This document shows positions 37,688-54,389 of a DNA stretch of 64,000 nt, piece by piece. This DNA comes from the human T2T-CHM13v2.0 reference genome, Homo sapiens. The notes beneath the pieces were generated by a model, which saw only the letters and a program-made list of their open reading frames with translations, made no database searches and was not told the DNA's origin. Made by a program: the position numbers and the translations under genes. The DNA lies in the NCBI RefSeq assembly GCF_009914755.1, contig NC_060929.1; one strand, given 5' to 3'. How positions within the stretch are numbered: position 1 is the first letter of the stretch; each line of letters begins with the position of its first letter.

Positions 37688-39217
37688 CCTCTTCCACGTG
37701 ATGTCTTTTATTTTTCACGTTCCAGATCACTCAAGTTTTATTTTGCTGGTACTTTGGCCACACCCTCTCCTTCCCCATGTGGAGCAAAAGCAACTTAGGG
37801 TGCTTGACCCAAAGGCTAGATTCCCATGTAAGTCCCCATGTATTACTGCTGGTTCCCGATTTCTACACCTGCTGGATTCATTGGAGGTTTGTTAAATGTC
37901 CTGTTTTTAATTTCAGCCTACTCAATTTCTATGTGGGGGCAGTTCCAGGATGTCCTGTAGGTGCCAGATTTCATGGACACTCAAGTCCCTGATAAAAATC
38001 GTGGTATTTGCATATAACATACATCCTCCTGTATACTTTAAATCATCTCTATTTTTCATAATATCTAATATAAATGATATGTAAGTGTCATACTGTATTT
38101 AGGGAGTAATGACAAGAAAAAATCTACATGTTCAGTACAGATGCAATTTTTTTCTCTGTTCTCAACCTGAGGTTGGTTGAATTCAGATGAGGGTCAACTC
38201 TGCAAGCAGCCGCTGTGAGGCACAAATGTCACAGGGAGGGCTAAGAGGCCCATCTCTCTGTTACATTGGACTGAATTTCTTGACTGTCATTTTCTTTCTC
38301 TAGGTGAAACAGCTCCAACAGATTGAGGGTTGGGGGGTGTGGCCAGAGGAAGGTGACACGGTAGTAACTGACTAATCAGTAATTTGTAAGCATGGAGAAG
38401 TTTCTCCAACCTAGGTGTTCCTTGCAGGCAGTCTTGGCAGAATGGGGTCATCTAAAAGCACCAGAAAAGTGGGGACCAAAGGCAAATGGCCGAGAAAGTG
38501 TTGAAGGGCAGGAAAAGTGGGGAAAACACGACAAGGTAGTAAAAATATAAATGTGTGTGCCCTATCACTGCTCTAAATGGTTTATGTACATTAAAACTGG
38601 TTTTCAAAGTCTGCTCCATGGATCCCTCGGGGTCCTGGGTCTTTCCAAGGGGCCTATGAGTCAAATGTATTTTCCTACACTGAAGTTACTGCCCTTTTCA
38701 CTGTGTTGACTTTTGCACTGATGGTGCAAAAGCAGTGACCATTAAAACCACACCTTAGTGTGAGTCAGGTAGTGGCACCATACACTTTCAAAAAGAAAAT
38801 CATCTTTTTGGCCAGGTGCAGTGGCTCGCACCTGTAATCCCAGCACTTTGGGAGGCTGAGGCAAGAGGAGTCGCTCTAGCCCAGGAGTCAGAGACCAGCC
38901 TGGGCAACATACACCCAGTCTCTACCAAAAATAAGTTAGTTGGGCCTGATGGCATGCTTATGTGGTCCCAGCTACTTGGGAGGCTGAAGTGGGAAGATCC
39001 TTTTGAGCCCAGGAGGTTGAGGGTGCAGTGAGTCATGGTCACACCACTGCAATCCAGCCTGGATGACAGAGCGAGACTCTTTCTCAATAATAAAGTATGA
39101 ATCTTTGACACTGCATAATGAAATGTGTCAACAACCGGAAGATCTGCTCACTAGACCAATATTTGCCAAATATGCATATGATGTTACAGCATCATGCATA
39201 GGTACCAGACCTTTTCA

Positions 39218-39526
<309 letters not shown>

Positions 39527-39633
39527 TTAGCAGGGCATGGTGATGTGTGCCTGCAGTCTTACCTACTTGGGAAGCTGAGAAAGGAGGATCCCTCGAGCCC
39601 AGGGGGTTAAGCTGCAGTGAGTCATGACCATGC

Positions 39634-40636
<1,003 letters not shown>

Positions 40637-40999
40637 GTGTCACTGCATTCCAGCCTGGTCAACAGGGTGAGACCCTGACTCAAAAAAAAAAAAAAGTGTA
40701 AAAGAATCCTAAAACCAAAACATTTGATCCTCATCATAATCCTAGTCATTGACAAGTCCAAGAGACACTGCATAATTTGAATGGACCACTCCCTTATGGA
40801 AATAAACTTTTTAACTTTATATAGTTTTCAGTATAAGCAGCTGAAAATGTGCACTTAGCAGGATGTCTTATTTATCACATGATCTTGACGCCTACTGCAA
40901 AGACGCAACTGAAGCCAGCAGTGTGGTCTTTCAGCTCCTCGGCTCCCACTTCGTTTGCAGCAGTTCATCGTCCCTCACCTCCTGTGAGAGGCAGAATTC

Positions 41000-41872
41000 G
41001 AAACCTGTGCTCCCAAGAGCCCATCTGGTTATTCCTTCAGGCACTGATCTAGATACTGTGAGAAGGGACTTCACGGATTTCATTAAGGTTACCAATCAGC
41101 TGACCTTAAAAGAGGGCAATTATCCAGGTGGTTCCAATGCAGTCACACAAGCCCACAGGGGCTCACAGATAAAGGTGAAAGATACAGCAGGAGACTCAAG
41201 AGATGGCGGCCTTGGCAAGGTGCGGGCGCCCACACCTGTAATCCCAGCACTTAGGAAGGCCGAGGCAAGTTGATCACCTGAGGACAGGAGTTCAAGACCA
41301 GCCTGGCCAACATGGCAAAACCCTGGCTCTACTCAAAATGCAAAAATTATCCGGGCATGGTGGCAAGTGCCTGTAATCCCAGTTACTCAGAGGCTGAGGC
41401 AGGAGCATCACTTGAACCCTGGAGGCGGAGGTTGCTGTGAGCTGAGATCACACCACTGCCTGGGTGACAGAGGGAGACTCTGTCTCAAAAAAAAAAAAAA
41501 AAAAAAAAGAACACCCTGAGGATTCCACATGCCATTGCTGGCTCTGAGATACAGGGACCATGTGCAAGGACTGGAAGCTCTGGGAACTAAGTGTGGCCTC
41601 CAGCTGACAGCCAGAGAGAAAACAGGAACCCTGATACTACAGTCGCAAGAAACTGAATTCTGCCAAAAACTCAAATACACTTGGAAGAGGCTTTTTCCCA
41701 GAGCCTCCTGACAGGAACCCAGTGAACCAACACCTTAATTTTGGCCTTGTGAATCCCACAGCAGAGCAACCAGCCAAGGCTTCTGATCTACATAACTGTA
41801 AAGATATAAATTTGTGTGGTTTAAGTTGCTATGTTTGTGAAAATTTGTCACAGCAGCAATCGGAAACGCATA
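41000..41872 (+). mobile_element. MLT1 (MaLR) LTR remnant split by an Alu (about 41210-41508)
   Basis: agggacttcacggat..attaagg, aactgaattctgccaa, ataaatttgtgtggtttaag MLT1 hallmarks. Confidence 0.7.
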
Positions 41873-42085
41873 TGCTTCTGTCTTGCCTCAGTGGGGGAGG
41901 GGAGAGGGAAGGGTATCTTCCTCCTGCCCGAGACAATTCCAATGTCCCATTGATTCCATCTCTCAGAGCTTGTTTCTCATTTCTGCATCTGAGATTGTCT
42001 TTAGTGCTCCTCAGGATGCGTTCTGGACTTATAGTAGGATTGCACTGCCCAGATTCCTTGTGGTTGGATGGGGTTCTGTGACTAG

Positions 42086-42996
<911 letters not shown>

Positions 42997-44121
42997 CTAG
43001 TACAGTCCAGCGTCTGTGGCAGCAGTATGATTTCCAGGTTAGAGCATGTACATGCCAAGGCAAGACCCTTCAAGGCTCACTCTTCTGAGCACACAGCACA
43101 GTGCACTATTCAAGGCAGTGGCTGCCCCATCCGCTGAGGCTCCCCAGAGGTGAAGATGATGTAAGTCCTCTGGCAACACGCAAGGGACATGGAACATGGT
43201 AAGAATCCAGCTCTTTGCTGGTTTAGACCCTGAGAATAGGCTCCTCCTGTCTGTAAATCTCTCTTACCTACACACACAGCCTCCCCTCCTCTGTTAGCAC
43301 TTTCCAGCATGAATCTCACCTTAAAAAGCAAAAACCAGCCGGGTGCAGTGGCTCACACCTGTAATCCTAGCACTTTGAGAGACTGAGGCAGGAGGATCAC
43401 TTGAGTTCAGGAGTTCGATACCAGCCTGGGCAACACAGTGAGACTCTGTCTCTTAAAAAAAAAAAAAAAAAAAAAAAGCCAGGTGTGGTGGTATGTACCT
43501 GTAGTCCCTGCTACTCAGGAGGCTGAGGAGGGAGGTTTGCTTGGGCCTGGGAGACAGAGGTTGCAGTGAGTGGTGATTGGAATACCGCACTCCAGCCTGG
43601 GCAACACAGCCAGATCCTGTCTCAACAAAAAAAAAAAAAGAAAAAAAACCAAAGCATAGGAAAACAAAACCCTTCAATTGTGTCCCCTGGAGCCATCTCT
43701 TCCTGTTCACTCCGTTACTCTGCAGCACTGTTGTCAGCCCCGCTTCCTCTCCTGCCTTCCACCTTCTGCTCCCTCCACCCACAGCGATGGTCTGTGGACC
43801 CCACCCTGCATAGAAACCACTCGTGCTGCAATCACTGTGTCCTTCTGCTGCAAATCCCTGGGGTGCTCTCTGAGTTGGAGTCCTCTTTCTCACACACACA
43901 ACCTTTTCCTGTCTTTTTTTTAAAAAAATTCTCTTCCTTTGTGAAGCTCCTCTGGTGACTTTCCTGGAGCTCTGCCCTCTAGTTGCTCCTACATCCCTGG
44001 CTGCTCCCCACCTCTGGCCGTCCCCCTCTGCGGTTGCCACTTAATATGCATTCAGGGAGAACTACCCTGGGTCCACCAGCATTTACTCAAGGGTGAGGCA
44101 TGCTGATGACACTTCACCTAC

Positions 44122-45085
44122 TGTTACCAGTGTGAATCTGAAGGGTCTACATCAAATCAAATCCTTGCCTCCTCGAATGAAAGAATTCAGCTGCGGGTCG
44201 TAAGGCAGAGGGACAGACTGAGGCAAGTTTTAAAGGAGGAGTGAGAGTTTATCAAAAAGTTTTAGAGCAAGAACGAAAGGAAGCAAAGTACACTTGGAAG
44301 AGGGCCAAGTGCCCTGTTTGGTCTGTGACTTGGGGTTTTATACGCTGGCATGGTTCCGAGGTTTGCATTTCTTTTCCCTTCCAAGGGAAAACTCCCACCA
44401 AGTCTCTCCCATGACACGTGGGGATTATGGGAACTACAATTCAAGATGAGATTTGAGTGAGGACACAGCCAAACCACATCAGTCAGGCTCACATCTCTGC
44501 TTCCTGTTACTGTGCTCCTTCCCTCTCCAGAGGGGCCGAACTTTAATCTTTCTAAAATGCAAATACCATTGATAAGTTCTGCTGCTCTCATCTAAAGGCC
44601 TGAAAAGCACATCCCCACCTTGGGACTCAGAGGGGCCAGCCCTACCGGGACTGGCTGCCCTTTTACAGAAGAAGGGGTGGGGTGATCCTGAGGCCGCAGG
44701 CATCCTTCTTGCTTGGTCTTCTAGAACAGGAATGCACTGAGTTTGCAGGTTGCTGGCGCCCCAGGACTGATAAGACTGCCCACGTTGGCCAGGCATTGGG
44801 ATAACTCTTCCCTTGGAGCAGGCTGTCCACCATCTTGCCTCTTAGGGTGCATGCTTGGGTCTGCTTGCCCAAATCCTGAGATCTTATCAGGAAGCTACTG
44901 ATCACCAGCTTCAGATGTTTCTCTCTATAGGGAGACTGCCTTTCCCTGGTGCTGGCTGTGACCAAGTATTATTTTAGAGAGACAGTTTAACAACCACCTG
45001 ACCATCGCCTGATGGCCACCTGACATTCCTGGGGAGGTAGACCTCTCCTGCCCTGCTTATGTCTTCCTGACTACCTACTCTAACA
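44122..45085 (-). mobile_element. ERV1 solo LTR (MER50-like) carrying a 413-bp foreign insertion
   Basis: TGTTACC...CTAACA termini; aligns with 39634-40636 on both sides of the insert. Confidence 0.8.
44392..44804 (+). repeat. Derived copy of a 413-bp direct duplication (donor 46236-46648)
   Basis: Base-by-base comparison shows 2 substitutions, no indels, offset 1844. Confidence 0.97.
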
Positions 45086-45948
45086 ATGCACCCCTGCAGA
45101 GTTATGTTATTTTACTGAGTTTATAGCTTTTACATTGAGAAAAACTGAGGGTCAGAGAAGCACATTGCCCAAACCCACAAGCTAAACATGAAGCATGGAT
45201 ACACCCAGCTTTTCCCTCCTGAGCCTCCTCTTCTCACCCTCGTCTTCCTCACACTCTCCCTCTGCCATACCCGCCACAGCCACCTCATGGATGACTCCCA
45301 ACGTTACAGAGCCACATGGGTCTCATACAACTGCCCCCCACAACCAGCCTCCACACTCCTCTTCATAGCCCACCAAAGCCCAGCTCTGTCCAGAGGGAGC
45401 GCACCCCATCCCTGGCTAAGTGAGTCAGGGTCTAATCCAATCCCGTCACCAATTCCCCTTCAGCTGATGCCCAGGTCCTCGGCCTCTCCCATGACACAGG
45501 GGGCACACAGCTGGGGGATTTCCCTCCCTCTCTAAAACAGAGGTGCAGGAGAGAGCTCCTTCCTTCCCTTCCTGTTGTGGCTGGGATTTGTAAGGCCCTA
45601 GGGCCCAGAGAATGCAGACACCAACCCGGGTCCTGACACCAGGAAACCCCCAAACCACCTGAGATCCCTGGAGGACTGTGTGGGAGATACTTAAATGTTA
45701 CCCTCTTAGCCACTGTCAGTCAGGTTTTCTGTTATTTGCAGCCCAAGAAAACTCAACTGATATTCCAGGCTGAACCAAACTTAAATTGTTTCCTCACAGC
45801 CCGCTTCTCTTCAGGATTCTGTGCTGGATAATTTGTGCTGGATAATCTCTAAGCCAACCTCAGGGTCTTGCTTCTTGGTGTCCTCTCAGTCTCTGCAGTA
45901 AAAGCAGTTGCATCTCTCAGCAACTCTCCACTCTGCTGCCTCGGTCAG

Positions 45949-46325
45949 TGTATTAGTCTGTTCTCACGCTGCTACTAAAGACATACCTGAGACTTGGTAA
46001 TTTATAAAGAAAAGAAGTTTAATTGACTCACAGTTCAGCATGGCTGGGGAGGCCTCAGGAAACTTACAGTCATGGTGGAAAGGGAAGCAGGCACATCCTT
46101 CTTCACATGGCAGCAGCAAGGAGACATACAGTGCGAAGTGGGAGGAAAGCCCCTCATGAAACCATCAGATCTTGTGAGAACTCACTCACTTTCATGAGAA
46201 CAGAAGGGAGGTAACTGCCCCTATGATACAATTACCTCCCACCAAGTCCCTCCCATGACACGTAGGGATTATGGGAACTACAATTCAAGATGAGATTTGA
46301 GTGAGGACACAGCCAAACCACATCA
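45949..46325 (-). mobile_element. THE1/MST (MaLR) solo LTR
   Basis: TGTATTAGTC...AAACCACATCA flanked by 5-bp TSD GTCAG (45944-45948 / 46326-46330). Confidence 0.9.
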
Positions 46326-46648
46326 GTCAGGCTCACATCTCTGCTTCCTGTTACTGTGCTCCTTCCCTCTCCAGAGGGGCCGAACTTTAATCTTTCTAAA
46401 ATGCAAATACCATTGATAAGTTCTGCTGCTCTCATCTAAAGGCCTGAAAAGCACATCCCCACCTTGGGACTCAGAGGGGCCAGCCCTACCGGGACTGGCT
46501 GCCCTTTTACAGAAGAAGGGGTGGGGTGATCCTGAGGCCGCAGGCATCCTTCTTGCTTGGTCTTCTAGAACAGGAATGCACTGAGTTTGCAGGTTGCTGG
46601 CGCCCCAGGACTGATAAGACTGCCCACGTTGGCCAGGCATTGGGATAA
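46236..46648 (+). repeat. Donor copy of the 413-bp direct duplication
   Basis: Contiguous with the intact THE1/MST LTR and its TSD. Confidence 0.97.
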
Positions 46649-46853
46649 AAACAGCCCCAATCTGGAACTCAAGGAGAATTAAGGTCTCACCTGATGGAGG
46701 GAGCTGCCTGTAGGGCCCAGGCCTGCATGGGAGGGAAAAGAAATGGCCTTTTTGGTGTCTGCAGACATGGAGAGGGGCTAAGCGGAGGCACAGATCTAGG
46801 CTTGAGGAGTTTGCCAAGTAAATAAATGATCTGGCTGTAATTGAGAAAAACCA

Positions 46854-47514
46854 TGTTAACCAAAAAGCGACCAAGGCAGCTGTCAATCCACAGAGGTTTA
46901 TTTCGCCAAGGTTGAGAACGAGCCCACGAAAACAACCACAAGCCACAGAAACATCTGTGAGCTGTGCTTTTTCCAAAGGGGGTCTGGGGCACGGCAATAT
47001 TTAAAAAGGCAAGGGCAAGCAGGAGGGAAAAGACGGGGGAGGGAGGCAGTGAGGCAGATGGTCGCATTCTTGTGAGGCTCTGAGTCTCAGTAAATCTACA
47101 TTTTACACGTGAAGAAAGGAAGCACAGGAAAAGTCAATTATGCATTTGTCTCAGGGATGATTTCTGGTCTTGTCTTTGTCCTCTCTGTGAGGATCACCTG
47201 GTAATTGACATCGTCAGGGTGAGATCCAAAAAACTTGTTTCAGGGCTAGTTTATAGGGGGTGGATATAGCCTGAAAGATCTAGCTGCTCACAAGGAATTT
47301 CTGTGTGAGCGCTTTGGGAGGGAGGCCATCTGGGGAGATGTGTGGCCTTCCATGGTTGTGGGATCCTGGCTTACGGACGAGGCTCTAACACAGGGTTGTG
47401 ACATTGCAGCTGTCTGTTTGGGAAGGAAAGGAAGGCAGTATTGCGCAGTTCCCAAGCTGAACTTTCCCTCTGGCATAGTGACTTTCGGGTCCTGAGCGTC
47501 TATTTTCTTTCACA
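46854..47514 (-). mobile_element. ERV1 (MER4-group) solo LTR
   Basis: TG...CA termini with 4-bp TSD ACCA (46850-46853 / 47515-47518). Confidence 0.8.
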
Positions 47515-47848
47515 ACCAGCTGCAGGGCTGCCATAAGGCGGACAAACAGGATTAATGGAAAGTCAACAGGATGCAGTTGGGGATGCGAATCTTCCTCGCC
47601 AGTATAGACTTGCAGGTGTGGCCAGTGACTACCCTGCTACAGGGTTAGCACTCCTGGGGAGGTCAACTTTTCATTTCATTTTAATTCACTTAAATTAAAA
47701 AACTGAAGCAGTGTAAAATACTTCTCCTGGGCTGGGCGCGGTGGCTCATGCCTGTAATCCCAGCACTTGGGGAGGCCGAGGTGGGCGGATCACTTGAGGT
47801 CCACTTGAGACCAGCCTGGCCAACATGGTGAAACCCTGTCTTTACTCA

Positions 47849-48103
<255 letters not shown>

Positions 48104-49620
48104 TCAGTGTGTGCTAGACCCTCTGACCTCGATGCTGTCAGCACTGAGATGACAGTGACACAAAAGCCAGTAAATTCACTTAATTTAGATTGACGTCATT
48201 TTGAAACGGATACGCTTTTGCTTCAAAGTCAAATCAATTGTTCTAAAACAAATGAAGCAGTTTTGTCAATGTGGGAGGTGAACTGTAAAGGAAATGACTT
48301 TTGATGCTAGACTCAGTTATCGGAAAACTTAAATATGTAAATCTACTTTTCTCAACTGTAAATTTTGTGAAATCTAAACATAAATCAAGTACTTTTTTTT
48401 GTTTTTTTTTTTTTGAGATGGTCTTGCTCTGTGGCCCAGGCTGGAGTAAAATGGCACCATCTCAGCTCACTGCAACCTCCACCTCCGGGTTTAAGTGATT
48501 CTCCTGCCTCAGCTTCCCAAGTAGCTGGGATTACAGGTGCCCACCACCATGCCTAGCTAATTTTTGAATTTTTAGTGGAGATGGGGTTTCACCATGTTGG
48601 CCAGGCTGATCTTGAACTTCTGACCTCAAATGATCAGTCCACCTCAGACTCCCAAAGTGCTGGGATTACAGGCATGAGCCACTGTGCCTGGCCAAATCAA
48701 GTACTTCTGATGAAAAGTTAGCATCCAAATGGAGATATGTGTAAGCAGAAAATACACACCAGATGTCAAAGATAGAGGAACAAAAAAAAAAAATACAAAA
48801 TATCTCACTCATGATTCGTTACATTGATTACACACTGATGGAACATTTGTGATAAATTGGGCTAAAATGCATTATTAAAATTAATTTCACTTGTGTCTCT
48901 TTCCTTTTTTTAATGGGGCTATAAGAAAATTTAAAATTACATACATGGGGAAAAAAGCTAAAGTTGCCATTTTTTCCCTTTACCTTCATTTATCTGTTTG
49001 TCTAATAGTCACTGAAGAACATATCTTTTTAAAGAAGTACGTGTGTGACTTACATTATACTTCTATCTGCAGTGCTGGTTCAGAACACCATGACATTTGA
49101 CCAAAGGACTCAGCAGAGGGAAGGCTGCCCAGGCCCCAAGCTCACCATGAAGGATACAGCCACACCCTTGGTTCATTCTCGCACGAATTTCAGACCTCCC
49201 ACCTATGTTGAAGACTCTGGCTACTGGCCACATGCTCACCGACACCGTTCCACGGCAAAAGCCCAGCACATCTCAGGGGTTTCCTGGGAGGCCGGATGAA
49301 TGTGTGAGGCCTCCTGGGAGCAGCCCTCAGCAGGCAAGGGCTTTGGCCTGTTGGGGTCCACAACTAAGTGTCCACAGTAGACCAGCCCTGCTCAGGCTTG
49401 GATTCTCTCAACATTAGGCAAAGGGTCTCCCCATACCCATTTGACAGATGCAAAAACTGAGGCTCAGGAAGCTCAAGTTTGGGAATTCTTTGAATTTTAT
49501 GTTTCCTGAGCATCTATTTGAATGTAAGTTGGACTTTCTCATACTAGAAGCAGGGATTAGTAACACAGTTTCCAGTTATACAACTTCTCACAGTTCCCCA
49601 AGGTGGTCGATCCAGACATC

Positions 49621-50341
49621 TGCCTTACAAAACCGCCTCCTGGGACCACCTTCCCATGGACAGCTGGATACCACCTGCTTGACTTGTCCCACTGACCCCC
49701 ACACCCACATGGACCATGCCGATATCCTACCCACACCGACCCCTCTCAGTCACAGCGTGAGTCCCCGGGGCTCATGCCTGCTTGCTCTAAATCCCCCAGT
49801 TAGAACCTCCAGGGGAAACCTGCATAGATGACACCCTGGGCCCCAGTGAAGGCTTTGGCTCATAGCTCCCTCTCTCTCTCGTTCTCCACCTTCTGGTTGA
49901 GCCCATGTGTCCTGAATGGCTCCCCCTTTTTGCTGGCCCTGTGAAGCGTGCTGCCCTCTGTTCTCTGGATCTGTAAGCAATAAACTGCTTCTGTCATTTC
50001 TTGGGTTCTGATGAGTTGCCTCCTCTACCCCATCCTAACTTCTTTCCCGGTCAGGGCTCTCCGGGAGAGTGGCTGTCTCAGTAGGAATAAACTGGACACA
50101 GGTCAGATGAGAGCCACAAGGTCATGTGCCAGGATAAACAAGCTTCCTGCGAGAGGGACACCTGGCCACAGGTTGGACACTCAGGAATCAGGCCGTCTGT
50201 GAGGTCAAAGAAGGATCCCATGAAAGGCACATGGGAAACACCCACGACCACATCCCCAGGATCCCCGTCAGGGCAGGGCTAGAGTTTACAGCCACTCTCT
50301 CCTGAGAAGGACGTCAAGACAAAATTAGGAAAAAAACTACA
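49621..50341 (+). mobile_element. ERVL-class solo LTR (MER54/MER74-like)
   Basis: TG...CA termini, 5-bp TSD ACATC (49616-49620 / 50342-50346), AATAAA 49979-49984. Confidence 0.75.
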
Positions 50342-50596
50342 ACATCAAGTCACTTGCCCAAAGTCACATGTACGCACCCCGTAGGTGCAGGTGCAGTGTT
50401 TCTCACCGGCTCTCCCCTTTACGCCACCACCAGAAACACAGGAGATATTTCTGAGGTAGCCTCAGGCCCTGGGACCCAAAAATGCCAGTGCTTGGAAATC
50501 CACTGCTTAGGAGACAACAGCTGGGTGACAACTCTAGCCCACCGTTCTCTGCTATCTTTTTAAAAAAGCTGCAAATTCAAAAATTCAAAAAATTAG

Positions 50597-50602
50597 TTTA
50601 TT
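50597..50602 (-). terminator. Candidate CMBL polyadenylation signal
   Basis: AATAAA on - strand about 1.15 kb after stop, followed by U-rich sequence; a more distal ATTAAA lies at 48909-48914. Confidence 0.45.
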
Positions 50603-50845
50603 AGCTTAATATAATTAGGTCAATGGAATCCTGTTTTGATCTCAATACTTCCCATATTGCAATATATAAATGTGACAAATTCAGCTGTTTTGTGGCATAG
50701 ATAAGTGTCTAAGCTGGGCAGTTAGTCTACCCGTTTATAGTTCATGTTCTTCATGGCTTTGCAGCATTTGTCACTTTCTATGATGTGTTCAAAGACCAGA
50801 AAAGGCCACACTTGACCTGTCAGCTGGTCCTTGAACAGCTGTAGG

Positions 50846-51558
<713 letters not shown>

Positions 51559-51753
51559 TGATTCGATGTACATGTCAAAAATTAAATTATTTCATGCATT
51601 ACGTCCTACTGAATTTGTGTTTCAAATGAAATAATCAATTTTAGGATTCCTACACTTATTTTATAAAAGTGAAAATTAAATCAAATGATCTAACTATTTC
51701 CAAGCAAATTTTGGGATGAAAGCTATTCTAGGAAGGCTTGCCCTTGATTCTTG

Positions 51754-51933
51754 CTACATGTACTTGTTCAGCCACTCAATTAAATTCCTTCTGGCCTCGT
51801 CAATGTAGGGCTTGTCTGCAGGTGAGCAATCTTCTCTCTTCCGATGCACGAACCCATGAGTCTGCCCAGAAAATGTTTTAATTTGATATTCAACTTTGCA
51901 GTGTTCTTTCAACTTCTGAGTCAGCAAAGATAC
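51754..51933 (-). CDS. CMBL: CMBL exon 6 coding part to stop (His212)
   Basis: cag|GTATCT...ATGTAG; QTHGFVHR; exon sum 738 nt = 245 aa. Confidence 0.97.
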   Translation of the reverse strand, partial: VSLLTQKLKEHCKVEYQIKTFSGQTHGFVHRKREDCSPADKPYIDEARRNLIEWLNKYM

Positions 51934-52022
51934 CTGGTGTGCAAAAGATTTCATGATTTTAACCCTTTAGTGATACTTTCCATTCTCCAAATCTTTAGTG
52001 AGCGTTCATAACAGAAATTTAA

Positions 52023-52390
<368 letters not shown>

Positions 52391-52519
52391 TAACTAACAC
52401 AGTCCTTATGTCTGGCAAAGGAGAGATTTCAGGGAAATGGAAAAATGATACATCTATTATTTGAAATCACTTGCATTAATATATTAGTTACTAATATTAT
52501 AACAATAATTTCTAAATGA

Positions 52520-52681
<162 letters not shown>

Positions 52682-53165
52682 TAATTTTTTTATATTTTTG
52701 TGGAGAAGGGATCTAGCTAGACTGCCTAGCCTGGTCTTAAACTCTCAGCCTCAATCAATCCTCCCACCTCAGCCTTCTGAGTTTCTGGAATTACAGGCAT
52801 GAGCCACCACGCCCAGCTAAATGACTGCTTTTGAACCATACTTTTCTTCTGCTTTTTCCTTATCAACTGACTTTGTTTAATAAATCCTTGTCTTTAAGGT
52901 CACAGACTTTATTGTAATTTGTGGGTTAGCATGGAGGTGGGGCAAGAGGTCCCGTTTCTCCACCAGGTAACCAGGCCATGCTGAGAATACTTCCCTCAGA
53001 CATTTCCTTAAGCATGTTTTGGGAAGGTTATACTTCCACACTGGAATTATATAAGTGGAATTGAATAAAACCCATCTTTAAAATGTTAATGTTGGAAATA
53101 TTTGGAGCAACAAATGCATCCTTCAAGACTTCCCACTCCCCGCAGAATGTCAAACCGTGCTATTA

Positions 53166-53589
<424 letters not shown>

Positions 53590-53618
53590 CTGAAAAACAA
53601 GCACAGAGGCATGATGTC

Positions 53619-53684
53619 TGATCCCCACACTCATGCCACATGATCCCCACACCCATGCCGCATGATCCCCACACTCATGCCACA
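53619..53684. repeat. Minisatellite, 3 x 22 bp (TGATCCCCACACTCATGCCACA)
   Basis: Copies at 53619, 53641 (2 mismatches) and 53663. Confidence 0.95.
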
Positions 53685-54248
53685 GAAAACTGCAACATTT
53701 GGGTTTGATTTTTCAAAGTAAAATCTCTGCTTTGCGGACTTTATTTTCTTTTTTAGCCATTCCACAGAAGTGGCCCCACTTGTAAGATTAGCGTAAAAGA
53801 AGGCCGGGCGCGGTGGCTCACGCCTGTAATCCCAGCACTTCGAGAGGCTGAGGCAGGTGGATGGCTTGGGCTCAGGAGTTTGAGAGCAGCCTGGGTAACA
53901 TCGCAAAACCCTGTCTCTACAAAAAATACAAACATAAGCCGGGTGTGGTGGTGCATGCCTGTAGTCTCAGCTACTTGCGGGGACTAAGGTGGGCGGATTG
54001 CTTGAGCCTGGAAAGTTGAGGCTGCAGTGAGCCGTTTGTGCCACTGCACTCCAGCTTGGGCAACAAAGTGAGACCCCGTCAAAACAAAACAAACAAACAA
54101 AAAACCCAAAGCCTGGGCGCAGTGACTCAAGCCTGTAATCCCAGCACTTTGGGAGGTCGAGGAGGGCGGATCATGAGGTCAGGAGTCCGAGACTAGCCTG
54201 GCCAACATGGTGAAACCCTGTCTCTACTAAAAATACAAAAATTAGCTA

Positions 54249-54389
<141 letters not shown>

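Noticed and set aside
43453-44040. 195-aa - strand ORF
   Set aside because: Non-ATG start, runs into an antisense Alu with poly-Phe from the tail
46323-46997. Longest ORF in the track (224 aa, - strand)
   Set aside because: It starts inside an ERV1 LTR at a non-ATG codon, has no recognisable domain, and its apparent paralogue (44479-44796) is just the 413-bp duplication
53619-53684. Short direct repeats as a possible CRISPR-like array
   Set aside because: Units are contiguous with no spacers; this is an ordinary minisatellite
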